DNA from: Felis catus
Lineage: Eukaryota
Reading direction: 5' to 3'
NCBI RefSeq assembly: GCF_018350175.1
Contig: NC_058368.1
Coordinates: forward strand, 41,232,001-41,296,000
Length of the DNA: 64,000 nt
In this document: one piece after another, positions 1-12,149 of the stretch
Layout of the letters: each line of letters opens with the position of its first letter
Numbering within the stretch: position 1 is the first letter of the stretch
Made by a program: the position numbers and the translations under genes
Notes under the pieces: generated by a model
Told to the model about the DNA's origin: nothing
What the model saw: the letters and a program-made list of their open reading frames with translations, nothing else
The model's database searches: none

Positions 1-194
1 GAGATGCATTTACAGACATGGAGCTTCACGTGATGCTAAATAGGCCCTAGTTCTTAAACCAAGTCCCATTTCCTCTGCCTTCTGTATGTAATATTCTTTG
101 CAGTCACTCCTTTGCATTTATGTACATTCTTAACACTAACTCCTGTTTCTGAGAAAACTTCTGTTTCTTACTGTCATGAAAACCTAATTAAGAA

Positions 195-428
195 AGAGGG
201 TGTGATATGGACAATAAGAGTGAAGGCTTTCAAACCAGACACACATGAATTCATGTCTCAGGGCTTGCAAATACTAGATATTTGGCTTTGGCTATAAAAC
301 CTTTCAGAGCCTTTCTTTCCTGCTCTGTAGAATGGGGATAATAATACGCATTTCATAAAATTTCACCATCAATGATTATGTTTTAAGCTTTATGTCTGGC
401 ATACAATAAGCTAGTAATAAATGTTATT
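195..428 (+). mobile_element. MIR SINE (ancient, degraded)
   Basis: MIR core-like 'cctttctttcctgctctgtagaatggggataataata' and 3' end 'tgtctggcatacaataagctagtaataaatgtta'. Confidence 0.7.
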
Positions 429-519
429 CAGCTCAATTAATAATAATTATTTATTAAAGGAATGAATAAGCTGGTCTAGAGAGAATATTTATATTCAGGC
501 CCCAGAGAAAAATCATTAA

Positions 520-670
520 TCCCATTTTTTTAATTTCATTTATGTGTCAATATCTTAGTAGAGATTTAGATAGCATGCATATCGATTTTGCCAATCACAC
601 AAAGCTAGTCACATCAGTTAATGCTGGGATAGTAATTAAGATTTCAGAAAGATCCTGAAGCAGCCTAGTA
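520..670 (+). mobile_element. L3/CR1 LINE reverse-transcriptase fossil fragment
   Basis: Reading from 569 gives DSMHIDFANHTKLV, resembling the CR1 RT motif xxMLIKFADDTKLG, followed by 'aagatttcagaaagatc' (RIQKDL-like). Confidence 0.6.
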
Positions 671-739
671 ACAAAAAATTAATCGTCATGTCTGGGGAAT
701 TTTTTGAACGTAAAAGGAAAGCTTTCAGTACTGATAAAA

Positions 740-970
740 ATTTTAAATGTGACTACTCTTTAAACCAAGTATTTACCAGAAAACTTGTTTACAAAAATAA
801 TAACACAGGCATGAGAAACATATGTACATAAATGCTTATTGCAGTGTTGTTTACAATAGTGAAAAACTGAAGGTGGTCTAAAGGTCCATCAACTAGGAAA
901 GTCTTAAATGCATTGTGATGTATCTATATTATGTAATGATGCTTTAAAAAGATAAAGGTGACCTCTTTGT
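740..970 (+). mobile_element. Ancient L1 (L1ME-like) ORF2-end fragment
   Basis: 'atgtacataaatgcttattgcagtgttgtttacaatagtgaaaaactg...aaggtccatcaactagg' resembles the L1 ORF2 C-terminal CTxMFIAALFTIAKxWK..CPS region. Confidence 0.7.
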
Positions 971-974
971 AGAA

Positions 975-1100
975 AGGAAGTATAGTGCAGTATTTAAGAG
1001 CAAGTTCTCCCGAGCCAGACTACCTGGGATAGAATCTCAGTGATCATAGGCTACTTAAACTCTCTGTGCTTCTGTTTCCTCATCTGTACAGATGGAAAAT
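975..1100 (+). mobile_element. MIR fragment
   Basis: 'gagccagactacctggg...ttaaactctctgtgcttctgtttcctcatctgta' MIR head and core. Confidence 0.75.
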
Positions 1101-1189
1101 TAAATGTAAATAAAAGTACGGTATAAAATTAAAATGAAAGAGTGAGATTAATGACATTAAAGAAGACATTATAGCTTCCGTAACAGGTA

Positions 1190-1422
1190 TTTTTTTTAAG
1201 TTTATTTATTTATTTTGAGAGAGAGAGAGAGAGAAAATGAGAGTGGGGGAAGGGCAGAGAGAGAGGAAGAGATAGAGAATCCCAAGCAGGCTCCACACTG
1301 TCCGGGCAGACCTCAACATGGGGCTTGAACTGGTGAACCTGAGCAGAAATTTTGCTCTGAGATTTTGACCTGAGCAGAAATGAAGAGTGCGAGGCTTAAC
1401 CAATTGAGCCACCCAGGCACCT
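1190..1422 (-). mobile_element. Can-SINE
   Basis: Reverse-strand tRNA-like head (tgagccacccaggcacc), (GA)n tract and T tail, flanked by TSD-like c(g/a)taacaggt. Confidence 0.95.
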
Positions 1423-3804
1423 CATAACAGGTTTTTTTTTTTTTTTTAAACTCTCCCTGCATATTGGAGTCCCCTGGAGTGCTTTCAAGTGAGAGTGACA
1501 CTGATGTCAAGGGTGACTGTGTACATTGTTTGGAAGGAAGACAAAATTGAAAAGGTTTGGTGACAAGCAAACAGGCAAATACAAGGAAAGAAGAAGCATT
1601 TCATGAGTGATATAGTTTTCATCGGGAAACTAATACAAACAGGCAGAGATCATCACCTTTTTTGCAAAATATATTGTATAAAATTTTTGCAAAGAACAGG
1701 GTAGCTGGGAACGTGCAATGGCATTACTTATAAATATAATTTTATTTACTCTAAAGGAATCTTCACCAGGAATCTAGTTTTTTTTCCTTTTTCTTTATTT
1801 CCTATTAGCAATAATTTCTAGAATTAAAGTAATCTTGGCAAAACATCAGTTTTCACTCAGAACCATTGAAGTGTCTACTGCACGTTAAAGTGAAACATGG
1901 TTAGCGTGTTCTGCTTCTTTCTACAAACGTGTTCATTTGCATAGTGGATTCTCAGACTTAATAGGAAAGGTGACTATGTCAAAATGCTGAAGAAAAATAG
2001 TTAAATGATTATTACAGGTTACTTGGGGTATAATTAGCATTAATGCCACTCACAAAATAGAGACCTCTGGCAGCTACCTATGCCCGATCAAAATCTATTT
2101 TGTCTCTTTGACACCGGAGCAATAAAAAATCTGCCGAAAGTTTGGCGCACAGAGAGGAAACACATTTCTCCTTGGTCAATACATATTACTGGACTCAGTG
2201 GGGCTTGAGTAATAACAGCGAGACCCTCTGTAATCAGCTGTTTGTGTACTTACGCAGATGTCTATAGGGCAACCGATGGCATGCCTTTTGGCTTTTCTGT
2301 TAGAGGAACTGTTTATTCTGCTGTGTAAATCAGATAAGTCAAATATGGCATGACACAAAGGCAAATTGTGGCTCACATTCGTCCTCCATAGGAATTATTG
2401 AAAAGGAAAAGGTTTTTTTTTTTTTTGTTTTTTTTTTTTGTAAAAGGTAAATGTAATTATACTGTAATCTCAAAATCATGGTGTGTATTAAAATATTATG
2501 CTGCAATACAAATTAAGTGAATAGGGAACCAGTGAGAAGATGCCCATGCCATCGAGGGGGTTAAACATGAAAAATCACAGATGAAAACACTAAATTTGTG
2601 AACATTTGTTAAGATAGTCGTGATTTCTAGTAGTCATAATGTCATCATCCAGGTGGAATGTGCCAAATTAGTAAAAATGTAAATTCTGTATTCAGTCTTC
2701 CAAAACAATATAAGTAATCAACAACATAAAGTAGTAAATATAGAAAATTAAAAACATAAAGTGGTAAAATATTACCAAGTAAAAAAAATCTAAAAATATT
2801 CTATGAAAAATAGCATATTTTATTTAAAAAGACATTAACTGCAGGTCACTGGTTAAGTTACTTGATATTCTGAGACTTTAAGGGCCTTGAATTGATTAAT
2901 GTGAAATACTGTCCATACTCAATGTTGAAGACACTATTACGTAAAATAGTGTGCCAGAGAAATGACTATACTGTATTTTCACCTCTTTTTAACGTCTCAA
3001 CGGGTAGTAGTTTTCATCTAGCTTTCCAGTCTTTCCTATGGATGCTTTTCCACGTGTAAGTCAACTTTATAATTTCTGATACACATGCTTAATAAAAATT
3101 ATATCCTGTCAATTCTTTAGAGTAAATATTTCCACTATATCCCTGCAGGTAAGGTAAATCTTTCTCCTAATTTTCTATTCCTTGGCTTGAAATGTAGGTA
3201 AAATGCTTGATACCTTGTAAGGAATACTTACTCTCACAGGGTTAAAAACTCATTAACACAATCAAGAACATTAGCTGATACTTTTTTTTCCTCCCTAGAA
3301 GACAATTTAAATTATAAAAGCTTCATTACTAGAATTTCAGAGGGGCAAATCCATATATTGACTTTTAGACCTGGAAACTAGATAATTTTGTATGCTTGTA
3401 CCTTTCATTTCATTTATAAATTTCACGTAATCCATTGTAATTTCAGATAAAGCAAAGGAAAATGCAACTTCTCAGACTGCTACAATGAAATAGACTCAAA
3501 GTCATGCAGAGCTTCCAATTTATTTAATTATCATATTTTTAATTAAAAAAATTATTTCATTTATTTATTTTTTTTCTTTTAGCCAACACTTTGGAGTCCT
3601 TACTATAAGCCACCCAAAAAGTTTGGTTCTAGACACACAAAGGTGATGAGCAAAGACTCCGTCTTATGGCAATCTTCAGTCTAGATCCATAGTTCCTAAG
3701 CATAGAAAATGGACATTCAACCTAAATATTTTCTATCATCCATTTATTTACTCACCCATGTGTTATTCTTTTTGTTTCTATTTGAAAGATAAAAAATAAA
3801 GATA

Positions 3805-3990
3805 CTCACTAACTTACATGTAGCTCACAATGTGTCAGGTCCTGTGCTAAGCATTTCAACAAATATGAAATATCTTATATTTGCAACTATATGAGGTAGA
3901 ATCAACTTTTGTCCTAACTATATATATAAAAAAAGAGCCTTAGAAATTTAAAATCATTTACCTAGAATTATATAGTTAATGGATAGCAAA
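3805..3990 (-). mobile_element. MIR fragment
   Basis: 'gctcacaatgtgtcaggtcctgtgctaagcattt...caactatatgaggtag' matches reverse MIR 3' part. Confidence 0.65.
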
Positions 3991-5852
3991 GAAAGTTGTA
4001 TATCTTTTACTTAACAACTTTTATAAAGAGAATAGTACAAGAGAATTTTCCAAGTCTAGTCACAAGAAATCTAGATCCTAGTTCCCAGACATATTCCATG
4101 GAGGAAAAAATGTGTGCACGGTCAAATATCTTCCTGAAATATATATTTTCCCTCTGCATACACAATTTATGTTAGTATTTCATAAGACTGTGGGAATATT
4201 ACACTGAAAATACCTGCTTGGCTTTTTTTTTCAAATCCACCATAAACACATTTTTTTAATGTCAAGCACACATTAATATTCCCTACCACTTGTAACACAC
4301 CAGCACTTCGATAAACATTGATTTACATGAACAGTTGAGATTGCAAAGTTTCCTTATGGAAAATGAAAACAGAAGAACAAAGAAAACTAGCTGGATTCTC
4401 CAGTGTAAGTCCCCAAATCAGAAACCTGTAAATTCATTGACAAACAATGGATATGTATCCTGATCCTTCCAGTTTAAAAGGTCTTGGGAGATTTTGTGAC
4501 AGGATTAAAAACAAACAAACTTTGATCATCCCTATTTGCTGCGGTCCATTTAACCATGCCTGAGACTCTCCTCTGATATCAAGGATGCTTTCTTGCAAAG
4601 GTGAGCTTTTAATTACTGGAAGTAATAGGGGAAAGTGTACAGCTGGCTAATTAACAAGCTAACACCACTACCAAAAACAAAGTTAAATTACTTGTACCTC
4701 TAATAGCGACCAATAGATCTATCATCTTTGTATAAACAGGACTGAACATTTTTGTTACTTTACTTTTATTATTGTACCTAAGATTATTGATCTGGTAGAC
4801 AGTGTTCAGTAAATTCTACGTGGCCATCTGTTACCTTAACATTGTACTATGCGGTGCGGCAAGGATCAAGCATAGAGTGACTCTGAACAGTCTTGTGAAA
4901 TAATGGCATAGAAAGGGAAACTTACTATCCCCATTTTAAAAGATAAGATTTAATCACTTATCAAGTCCAAAATGATAATGCCTCACTAAAAAATCCATCG
5001 TAAGTAACATACCACCTTTATGCTCAATCACTCCCAGAGTTTAGGAGGAGTGGTATCATTCTTTACTCCTTGAAGGGCAAGTTTACCAAGTTTATTTCCC
5101 ATTACTCCTTTTCTGAAGAGGCCTAATAGCAGCACTTTTCATTCTAAATTTTTGTAGATTGCCCTGTGTTTCTCTGTCTCCCTCACTCGCTCTTTTTCTC
5201 TCACAGGCTAAAATGTATGGTTTTCCAATTTCCTGCTCCTGTGCAATCATTTGCCTCTCTTTAATCTACACTAAAACAAATGGGAGGCAATACCTAAGAA
5301 ATTATTCTGTAGTGTCTTAAACATCCTTGCTTTAAAATTTAAGAGAGGGTTATAATGAGGTTCCTACTGTCATGCAAGATAGGTGAATCTGTAATTTCAT
5401 GACACATTCAAGAATTATTTTCCATTTCGGTGGACTAAAAGAAGTGTTTCTCATTCCTGGAAACCAAGGGACTATTTGCTGGCTTCTTACAAAATCTGTT
5501 ATGAGTAAATTTAGTTCAATGAGCTGAAGGAAAAATGTGGAAGTAAGTCATGCTGATAGACAAAATGGAATAGAACCCTTTGTAGTGCATTAGGAGGTAC
5601 TCTCCTTTTTATTCATTACCTGCATTTTCTCTCACAGTATTCAGAAAAACCTAAGTAATGAATGTGTTAGAAGCTTTCAGTAAAGAACTGATTTCTGAAA
5701 GGTGAAAGGAATTTAGAAGGAAGAGTGGTGGAGCTTTGTATTAGTTTGGGAAATGGAGGAAGTTGTACTAACCAGTGAATTAACCAGATTAACTAATGCT
5801 CCCACATTATTGGGAAGTTTGTCTAATCTTTTTGAAAACAATATTGCACATC

Positions 5853-6200
5853 TGTCTTAGTCTGTTCGGGCTGCCATAATGAACTACCAAGGCTCGGTGG
5901 TCTCAAAATGACGAAAGTTTGTTTTCCATAAATTGGGAGGCTGAATGTTCAAACTCAGTGTGCCAGTGTGGTATGTTTGTGATGAGTGCCCACTTCTTGC
6001 TCTGCCCTCACATGATGGAAGGGCCAAGGGAGATGCCTGAGGTCCCTTTAAAGAGACACTTTAAAGGGCCCAATCCCACACGTGAATTCCACCCTCATGA
6101 CCTAATCACCTGCCAAAGTTCCTACTTCCAAATACATCACATTGGGGATTAGGTTTCAACCTATGAACCTTGGAGGGTCACAAATATTCAGTGGAGAGCA
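5853..6200 (-). mobile_element. MaLR solo LTR (MLT1A-like)
   Basis: TG...CA ends. 'tgtcttagtctgttcgggctgccataa' and 'ccctcatgacctaatcacctgccaaag...catcacattggggattaggtttcaac' are typical MLT1A segments. Confidence 0.88.
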
Positions 6201-6248
6201 AGGTTCTCTACAGATAAATTCCCCATGGAAAGAAACACAAGTGTACTT

Positions 6249-6449
6249 GGGGCACCTGGGTGGCTCAATCAGTTGAGTGTCCCACTCTAGATTTTGGCAA
6301 GGTCATGATCCCAGGGTTGTGGGATTGAGCCCTGCTTTGGGCTCTAGGCTGAGTGTGGAGCCTGCTTGCCTACTTTAGATTCTCTTTCCTACTCCCTCTG
6401 CCCCTCTCACGTGCACTCTCTTTCTAAAATAAAATTTTTAAAAATTAAA
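6249..6449 (+). mobile_element. Can-SINE (older subfamily)
   Basis: ggggcacctgggtggctcaatcagttgag head, CT-rich tract and A tail, with degenerate TSD aaaga(a)acacaa. Confidence 0.93.
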
Positions 6450-8115
6450 AAAGAACACAAATGTGTCAAAAAGATGATTTCTTGCATTGACAATATTGCT
6501 ATTTATTGATATTAAGGAAAAATTTTTCACGTCTAATATCATTCATGAGTTATATCAGCATACTAAGTGATAAACACATCTATGTGGAGTTTCCTCAAAC
6601 CACTAGCATGCAATACTTTCAAACAGAATATTTTCGGTTATAAATGTATGAAACTGAGAGTTGGGAGAAAAAGCTAAAATATAGTCATTATATAGAACTG
6701 TTTTAATGTATGGATAATTCATAAGGTGAAAAAGTTCAGAGTACTTTAGATTTTAATTAATCTCTTTAACAGGTCTGAATGAAAGCAAAGAATTTCCATG
6801 AAATATTCAAAATAAAATATAAAAGCATGTTTTCTATATTTCGAGGCAGTTTTCCTCCTGCTAGATTGCTAGATGTGATAGTTCATATTTATGAAAAGTA
6901 CCAAAATGTGTTCAACTTTTATAAATTTTACAACCTACGTGTTTCTTTTGCCTGGTTATCTGTAACTAAGATTTCTTCCATACACTAAGTGATAATTTGG
7001 ATAGAAGATTCATTGAAAATCACAAAACAACCATATTTGATTTCTCATAATAGTCAATGACAACTTTATTCCATTATTTTATCGTATTCTACAATTGTCT
7101 TTTCACTTCTCTTTCCTCTCTGAATTCATATAATGGCAAAACAAGATTCTGTATATCTACAAAATGGTTCTGGACCTTAAATTTCCAGCATTAAAAGGAA
7201 TTAAAATAAGGTAAAATCTTCAAAGACTTAAAGCCAACACATATTTGGATGTAAGACTTTTTTTTTCTTTCAGTTTCATAGGGAGAAGTGTCTAAGAGAT
7301 TAATGTTTCACTGGCTTCAAAGGGCATTTTTATCCACTTCCATTGCCAACAAAGGCTGAATAGCAAAAGGCTTGTTTGTATTGTCTTTAAGATTGGATTC
7401 CTATGGGAAAATATTTCTTTCACACATTAGTTGGGTAATGAAGGAAATGATATTTGTCCTGATGGTTTAGAAAGTCCTCTGGACTAACGTCTTGATTACA
7501 AAAGGAAAATGGCTTTGATGTTGAAGAAAATGTAATGTGTGTGTTTTTTTCCTCTATGAAATACCTGATGATGTCTCAACCTTGTACTTTCTCTCATTAC
7601 ATAGTATTCCAAGTTTTATAAATGAAAGCAGCACCATATACTAACTCTACTCACATTCCCTGTGTGACTTTGGAAAAATAAGTGGTCTTTGAGTTTCCTT
7701 TGTACATTTCTCTGTACATTCCTCTGTACATTCTGGTCTTTGAGTTTCCTTTGTAAAATGATTAGTTTTAACTTAATAATTCCCTCCATTTCTTGCACAT
7801 AATGGTTTTATGAGGCTGTGTGAATATGAGTTCATGTAAATAAAAGCTAGGGTAAACAGTGAACATAAAGACAGATATGTTAAGACAGAATTGAACTTTT
7901 GGGTATTTATGTTTTCCCCAAACTCCAAATTATGGTAATACATATTGTGCTTTCTTCTTCTGCTAGCTGGCATCACCCTAATTAGAGATGACCATCAGGA
8001 GTTAGAAACCCACGATTCAGATATTCAAAATGCGTACTTTCATTTCTGTCCACTTTTAGGATCCCCTTCATGGATATTTTTGAGGATTGTCATTAAAGAT
8101 ACTTAAAAGTGATCA

Positions 8116-8391
8116 AGAGGGGAGGTGGGTAGGGCTTGAACAAAACAGGTGAAGGGGAGTGGGAAATATAGGTTTCCTGTTATGGAATTAGTAAGTCATG
8201 AGGATAAAAGGTACAACACAGAGAATACATTCAGTGATATTTTAATAGCACTGTATATTGACAGATGGTAGCTACATTTGTGATAAGTATAGTGTAACAT
8301 ATAGAGATATTGAATCACAATGTTGTACACCTAAAACTAATGTAACATTGTGGCAACTATATACATCAATAAAATGTAAAAGTAATAAAAA
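8116..8391 (+). mobile_element. L1 3'UTR fragment (carnivore L1, 5'-truncated)
   Basis: L1 3' end 'gttgtacacctaaaactaatgtaacattgt...caactata' plus A-rich tail. TSD taaaagtg(a/g)tca at 8104-8115 and 8392-8403. Confidence 0.9.
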
Positions 8392-8896
8392 TAAAAGTGG
8401 TCAGCACTCTAAAGCCTCCAAGGTGAATGTGAGTCCTGTCAAATAAATCTAGGAATTACTAATATTTGGGCTGTTGCAGTTGGAATTAAATTCAAGGAAA
8501 ACATTCCTTACTCACCTTCAAGGTCATTGTCATAGGGTTACTTTATTTTTTAACACTTTTCCTAATTCATCTTCCTTTCCTCCCTTCTTAAAAGTACACA
8601 TGAACTAACATGGAACATATGGATCTAATTAACCAAATAAAGTTATTTACCAGAGAACTTGTGGAGAAAAATGTTTATGTATTCATATTTTATAAACCAA
8701 ATCCGAGCAAGGGAATTAGTTGGGAGTTACTGAAGATCTCACTAGGTACATGATCAGTTCCAAAAAGTGTCCCTGGAATTTTAATACAATGTTTAAAAAA
8801 AATTAGGGATACCCTAGGACAGAAACAAAAATAATTCTGTTTCTGTCCAGGTGATCCTGAGGTGATAAGCCATTTAATGATTTTAAAAAGTAAACA

Positions 8897-9135
8897 GGGG
8901 CGCCTGGGTGGCTCAGTCGATTGAGCGTCCGACTTCGGCTCAGGTCATGATCTCACGGTCTGTGGGTTCGAGCCCCGCATAGGGCTCTGTGCTGAGGCTC
9001 AGAGCCTGTGCTCAGAGCCTGGAGCCTGCTTTGGATTCTGTGTCTCCCTCTCTCTCTGACCCTCCCCCGTTCATGCTCTGTCTCTCTCTGTCTCAAAAAT
9101 AAATAAACATAAAAAAAATTTTTAAATAAATAAAT
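8897..9135 (+). mobile_element. Can-SINE (felid type)
   Basis: ggggcgcctgggtggctcagtcg head and TSD aaaaagtaaac, with a small internal duplication of gctcagagcctg. Confidence 0.97.
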
Positions 9136-9689
9136 AAAAAGTAAACTGACCACAAAAATGAGGAGTACATAGGTGGCATCATTGTAAACTATAATTTGTA
9201 CATAAAACAATGACATAAATATTATGAAACAGTTTAAGACTCTTGAATTTACAAAGGCAGAACAAGAATACAAAGACTTCAAGGAGAAAGTTACGTTAAT
9301 AGTTCTTATGTAGTGGTTATCTTTCTCATTAAGTATTACTCTTTTGTCTCGTTCATTTTGGTTTCCGGTATTGCCAGAAAACAGAGCCAATTTTTTAGAT
9401 TGTTTACCTTTTCAATTTCAGGTAAAAACAAAAGGAAATAAAGGACAAAGGTATGAAGCAGGGGAAAAAAATCCCCTCAGGCAAATCTTGAACTCACCTT
9501 GTTATGTTATTAATGCATTAACCTCAAAGGAATCAATATTCCTTTGAGGTTAACACATTAGCAAATCTAATCCTTTTTTTTTTATTTGAAGCTGTTATAG
9601 AAATACTAGTTATGTGAACTATGATTTTGGAATTTTAATTCTCTTGTATTTGCATAGACAATTTAAAGTTTATAAAATACTTTTAATAT

Positions 9690-9880
9690 GCATCATTTAA
9701 TTTTTATGTTTATCTGTACAAGCCCTGTGAGAGAAAGGCAGGGTAGACACTATTATCAAATTGTATAGAACAGAAGGGTGAAACTGATAGACTGGGTATT
9801 TCTTGCTCAAGTTTGTGAAGCAAGTAAGTGAACCTGGATACCATGGATCTAAGCCCACCACCTCTCATGGCTTCCTCTAA
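9690..9880 (-). mobile_element. MIR fragment
   Basis: 'acaagccctgtgag...ggcagggtagacactattatc...gaaactgatagactgggtatttcttgctcaag' resembles the reverse MIR core. Confidence 0.6.
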
Positions 9881-11033
9881 TAGTCCGCTGATCATAGGTG
9901 TTTTTTAAACACACTGCAGGCTCAAAGTCCATTTCCCAGATATGCATTCAGTTTTTTCCATGAAAACATTTCACAGAAGAAAAGAATTACTTCCTAGTTT
10001 GAAAGAGAAGATAAATTGGATGTCTTGCTAAAAAAATTTTTTTCAATACTTGATAATAACAGGTTTTAACTTTAATTTTCCATAGGTGTTTATATTATGC
10101 TATCCCTTTTACTTTCAATCACTTTACTGGAAAATTCCTATATCCTCCTAAAATCCACAAATGGCTGCTGCAGTTTAATGACAGGCACATGTATAGTAGG
10201 GGAAGTAAACCATTTTCAGTAATTGTACCTTGGCAGTCTCAAGCTGCCTTTTCTTTGGCTTCACTGGTATATTAATACAAAGACTAAACCAGAAATAATT
10301 AAAATTATGGAAGGAGATGTGCATGTTTTTAATATTAAATAAAATTAAATATTAAACCACAATACTGCTGCTTTTCTTTAAAGATAGCAGAAGTAAAAAA
10401 ATGAGAGGAAGGATTAACATTTTATTCAATCTCATTCCCAGTGTGTGAAGAAGCCTCATGAATGTTGGCAAAGTGACCTTGTGTAATTGTATTTCAGTAC
10501 GTTAATAAATCTAATTCCTGCCTTCTAAATTGAACTACATCTAAAAGTGTACCATATTAAGTATCATTAACTGATATCAGGCATGAAAATTATTTATATT
10601 GAACAATATTTGTATGACAGATTGAATAAAATTATAAAATTTATAAGTTTGATGTTAGTATTGTACTTGAAATGTTCAGTACCTCCAATTTGAGGTAAAT
10701 TTGCTATTTTAAGTTTAAAACTTGTTATAGTATTACAATACTTAAATATAAAATTACAATACTTAAATATAATAAAGGTTTCTTGAAGTTATCGACTTGG
10801 GGCAGAGATTGAGTGTGTCAAAAGTATTGAAGTGATGCACACTGAGGATTTATGTGACAAGCAACAATAAAAAACCCACATATCCATATTGCACAGACAT
10901 TCTACACAGAGAATCTCCAGTTTTGGAAGCCCTAAGCTGTTGTGTGACTTATCATGCAGCCAAACAGCAGTGGTCCCTAAAGTGGTTCTTGACAGTATAT
11001 CTGAAACCCTATACTCTTTTTAAAGAGTTTGCC

Positions 11034-11232
11034 GGGGTGCCTGGGTGGCTCAGTCGGTTAAGCATCTGACGTTGGCTCAGGTCATGACCTCACGGTTCAC
11101 GAGTTGGAGCCCTGAAGCCTGCTTCAGAATCTGTGACTCCCTCCCTTTGCCTTTCCCCTGCTCATGCTCTGTCTCTGTCTCTCTCTCTCTCAAAAAATAA
11201 ACATTAATTTTTTTAAAAAATAAGATAAAAAA
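11034..11232 (+). mobile_element. Can-SINE with internal deletion
   Basis: Head ggggtgcctgggtggctcagtcggttaagc, middle segment missing, TSD taaa(g/a)agtttgcc. Confidence 0.95.
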
Positions 11233-12149
11233 TAAAAAGTTTGCCAATGTGCAAAGGAAACTTTGTAGGAAACACACTTATGAAACTTCAATGGGACTAA
11301 GAATTCTGAATGGATAGAAGGTCATTTCTGTCTCTGATTATACACATGTATGTTTATGTGGGCTTATGTAGAAATTTCTCAAAATAAAGACTGGCAAATG
11401 TCAGCAAAATTAATCGAAATTTAATATTGTCTCAGTAAAAGAACATTCCCCTTGACCTGGACTAAATAGAATCTCATAGTCTATTGTAGCATAATTTGTT
11501 AAAATGAGATATTTAATGAAAAATTATCCATATTAATGTGTATATACATATTTATTTCCATGTTAATGTATACACTCATCTACACTTTTTAATTGGTACA
11601 TAATATCTGAATAAAATACAATTACAATACTTAAATGCTATGATAAAAATAAAGTATTGGATAACATTACTAAAAGTAAAGAAAGGTTTGGCATATCATC
11701 TAGAAATTTGAGCATTTATGTCACTAGGCTTTATAAGCTACTAAACTTTGGTAGAATTAATAGCTAGAATTTTAATAATGTGGCTTCTCATTATCCTTTT
11801 TATTCTTACGATTTTTATAAAAATTAATTTTAAATAGTATACCTTTAACCATCATTGAACTTATGAGTCCTCTTAATGCCAATTGCACACACTTATATAG
11901 ATGTGTTTTTGTCTGTTTATAAAATATCGTGACAAACTAGGTCATAAAGCCAAAATACAAATGTTCCTTGTTATTTTTTTTCCCAGCAATGAAAAGTTGC
12001 CAAAGCAAGAAAGTTGGAATATAGAGTAACTGGGTAAGTAGCTAATGTTTAGAAAATTAATACAAAAAAAAAAAAACAACACCTTATTTACGGTATGGCT
12101 TCAAATTCACATTTCGCTTCATAGACAAGCATAACTAAGCATTAGCATA

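Noticed and set aside
4470..4606. Possible plus-strand exon ending AAG|GTGAGC
   Set aside because: All three frames are closed from the nearest acceptor, so no coding support. A non-coding exon cannot be judged from sequence.
7255..7320. Strong plus-strand splice acceptor tttttttctttcag
   Set aside because: Stops in all three frames within ~30 nt and no supporting donor.
8953..9390. 145-aa minus-strand ORF and similar ORFs containing RETEHERGR
   Set aside because: These are translations through Can-SINE (GA)n tracts plus AT-rich flank, not real proteins.
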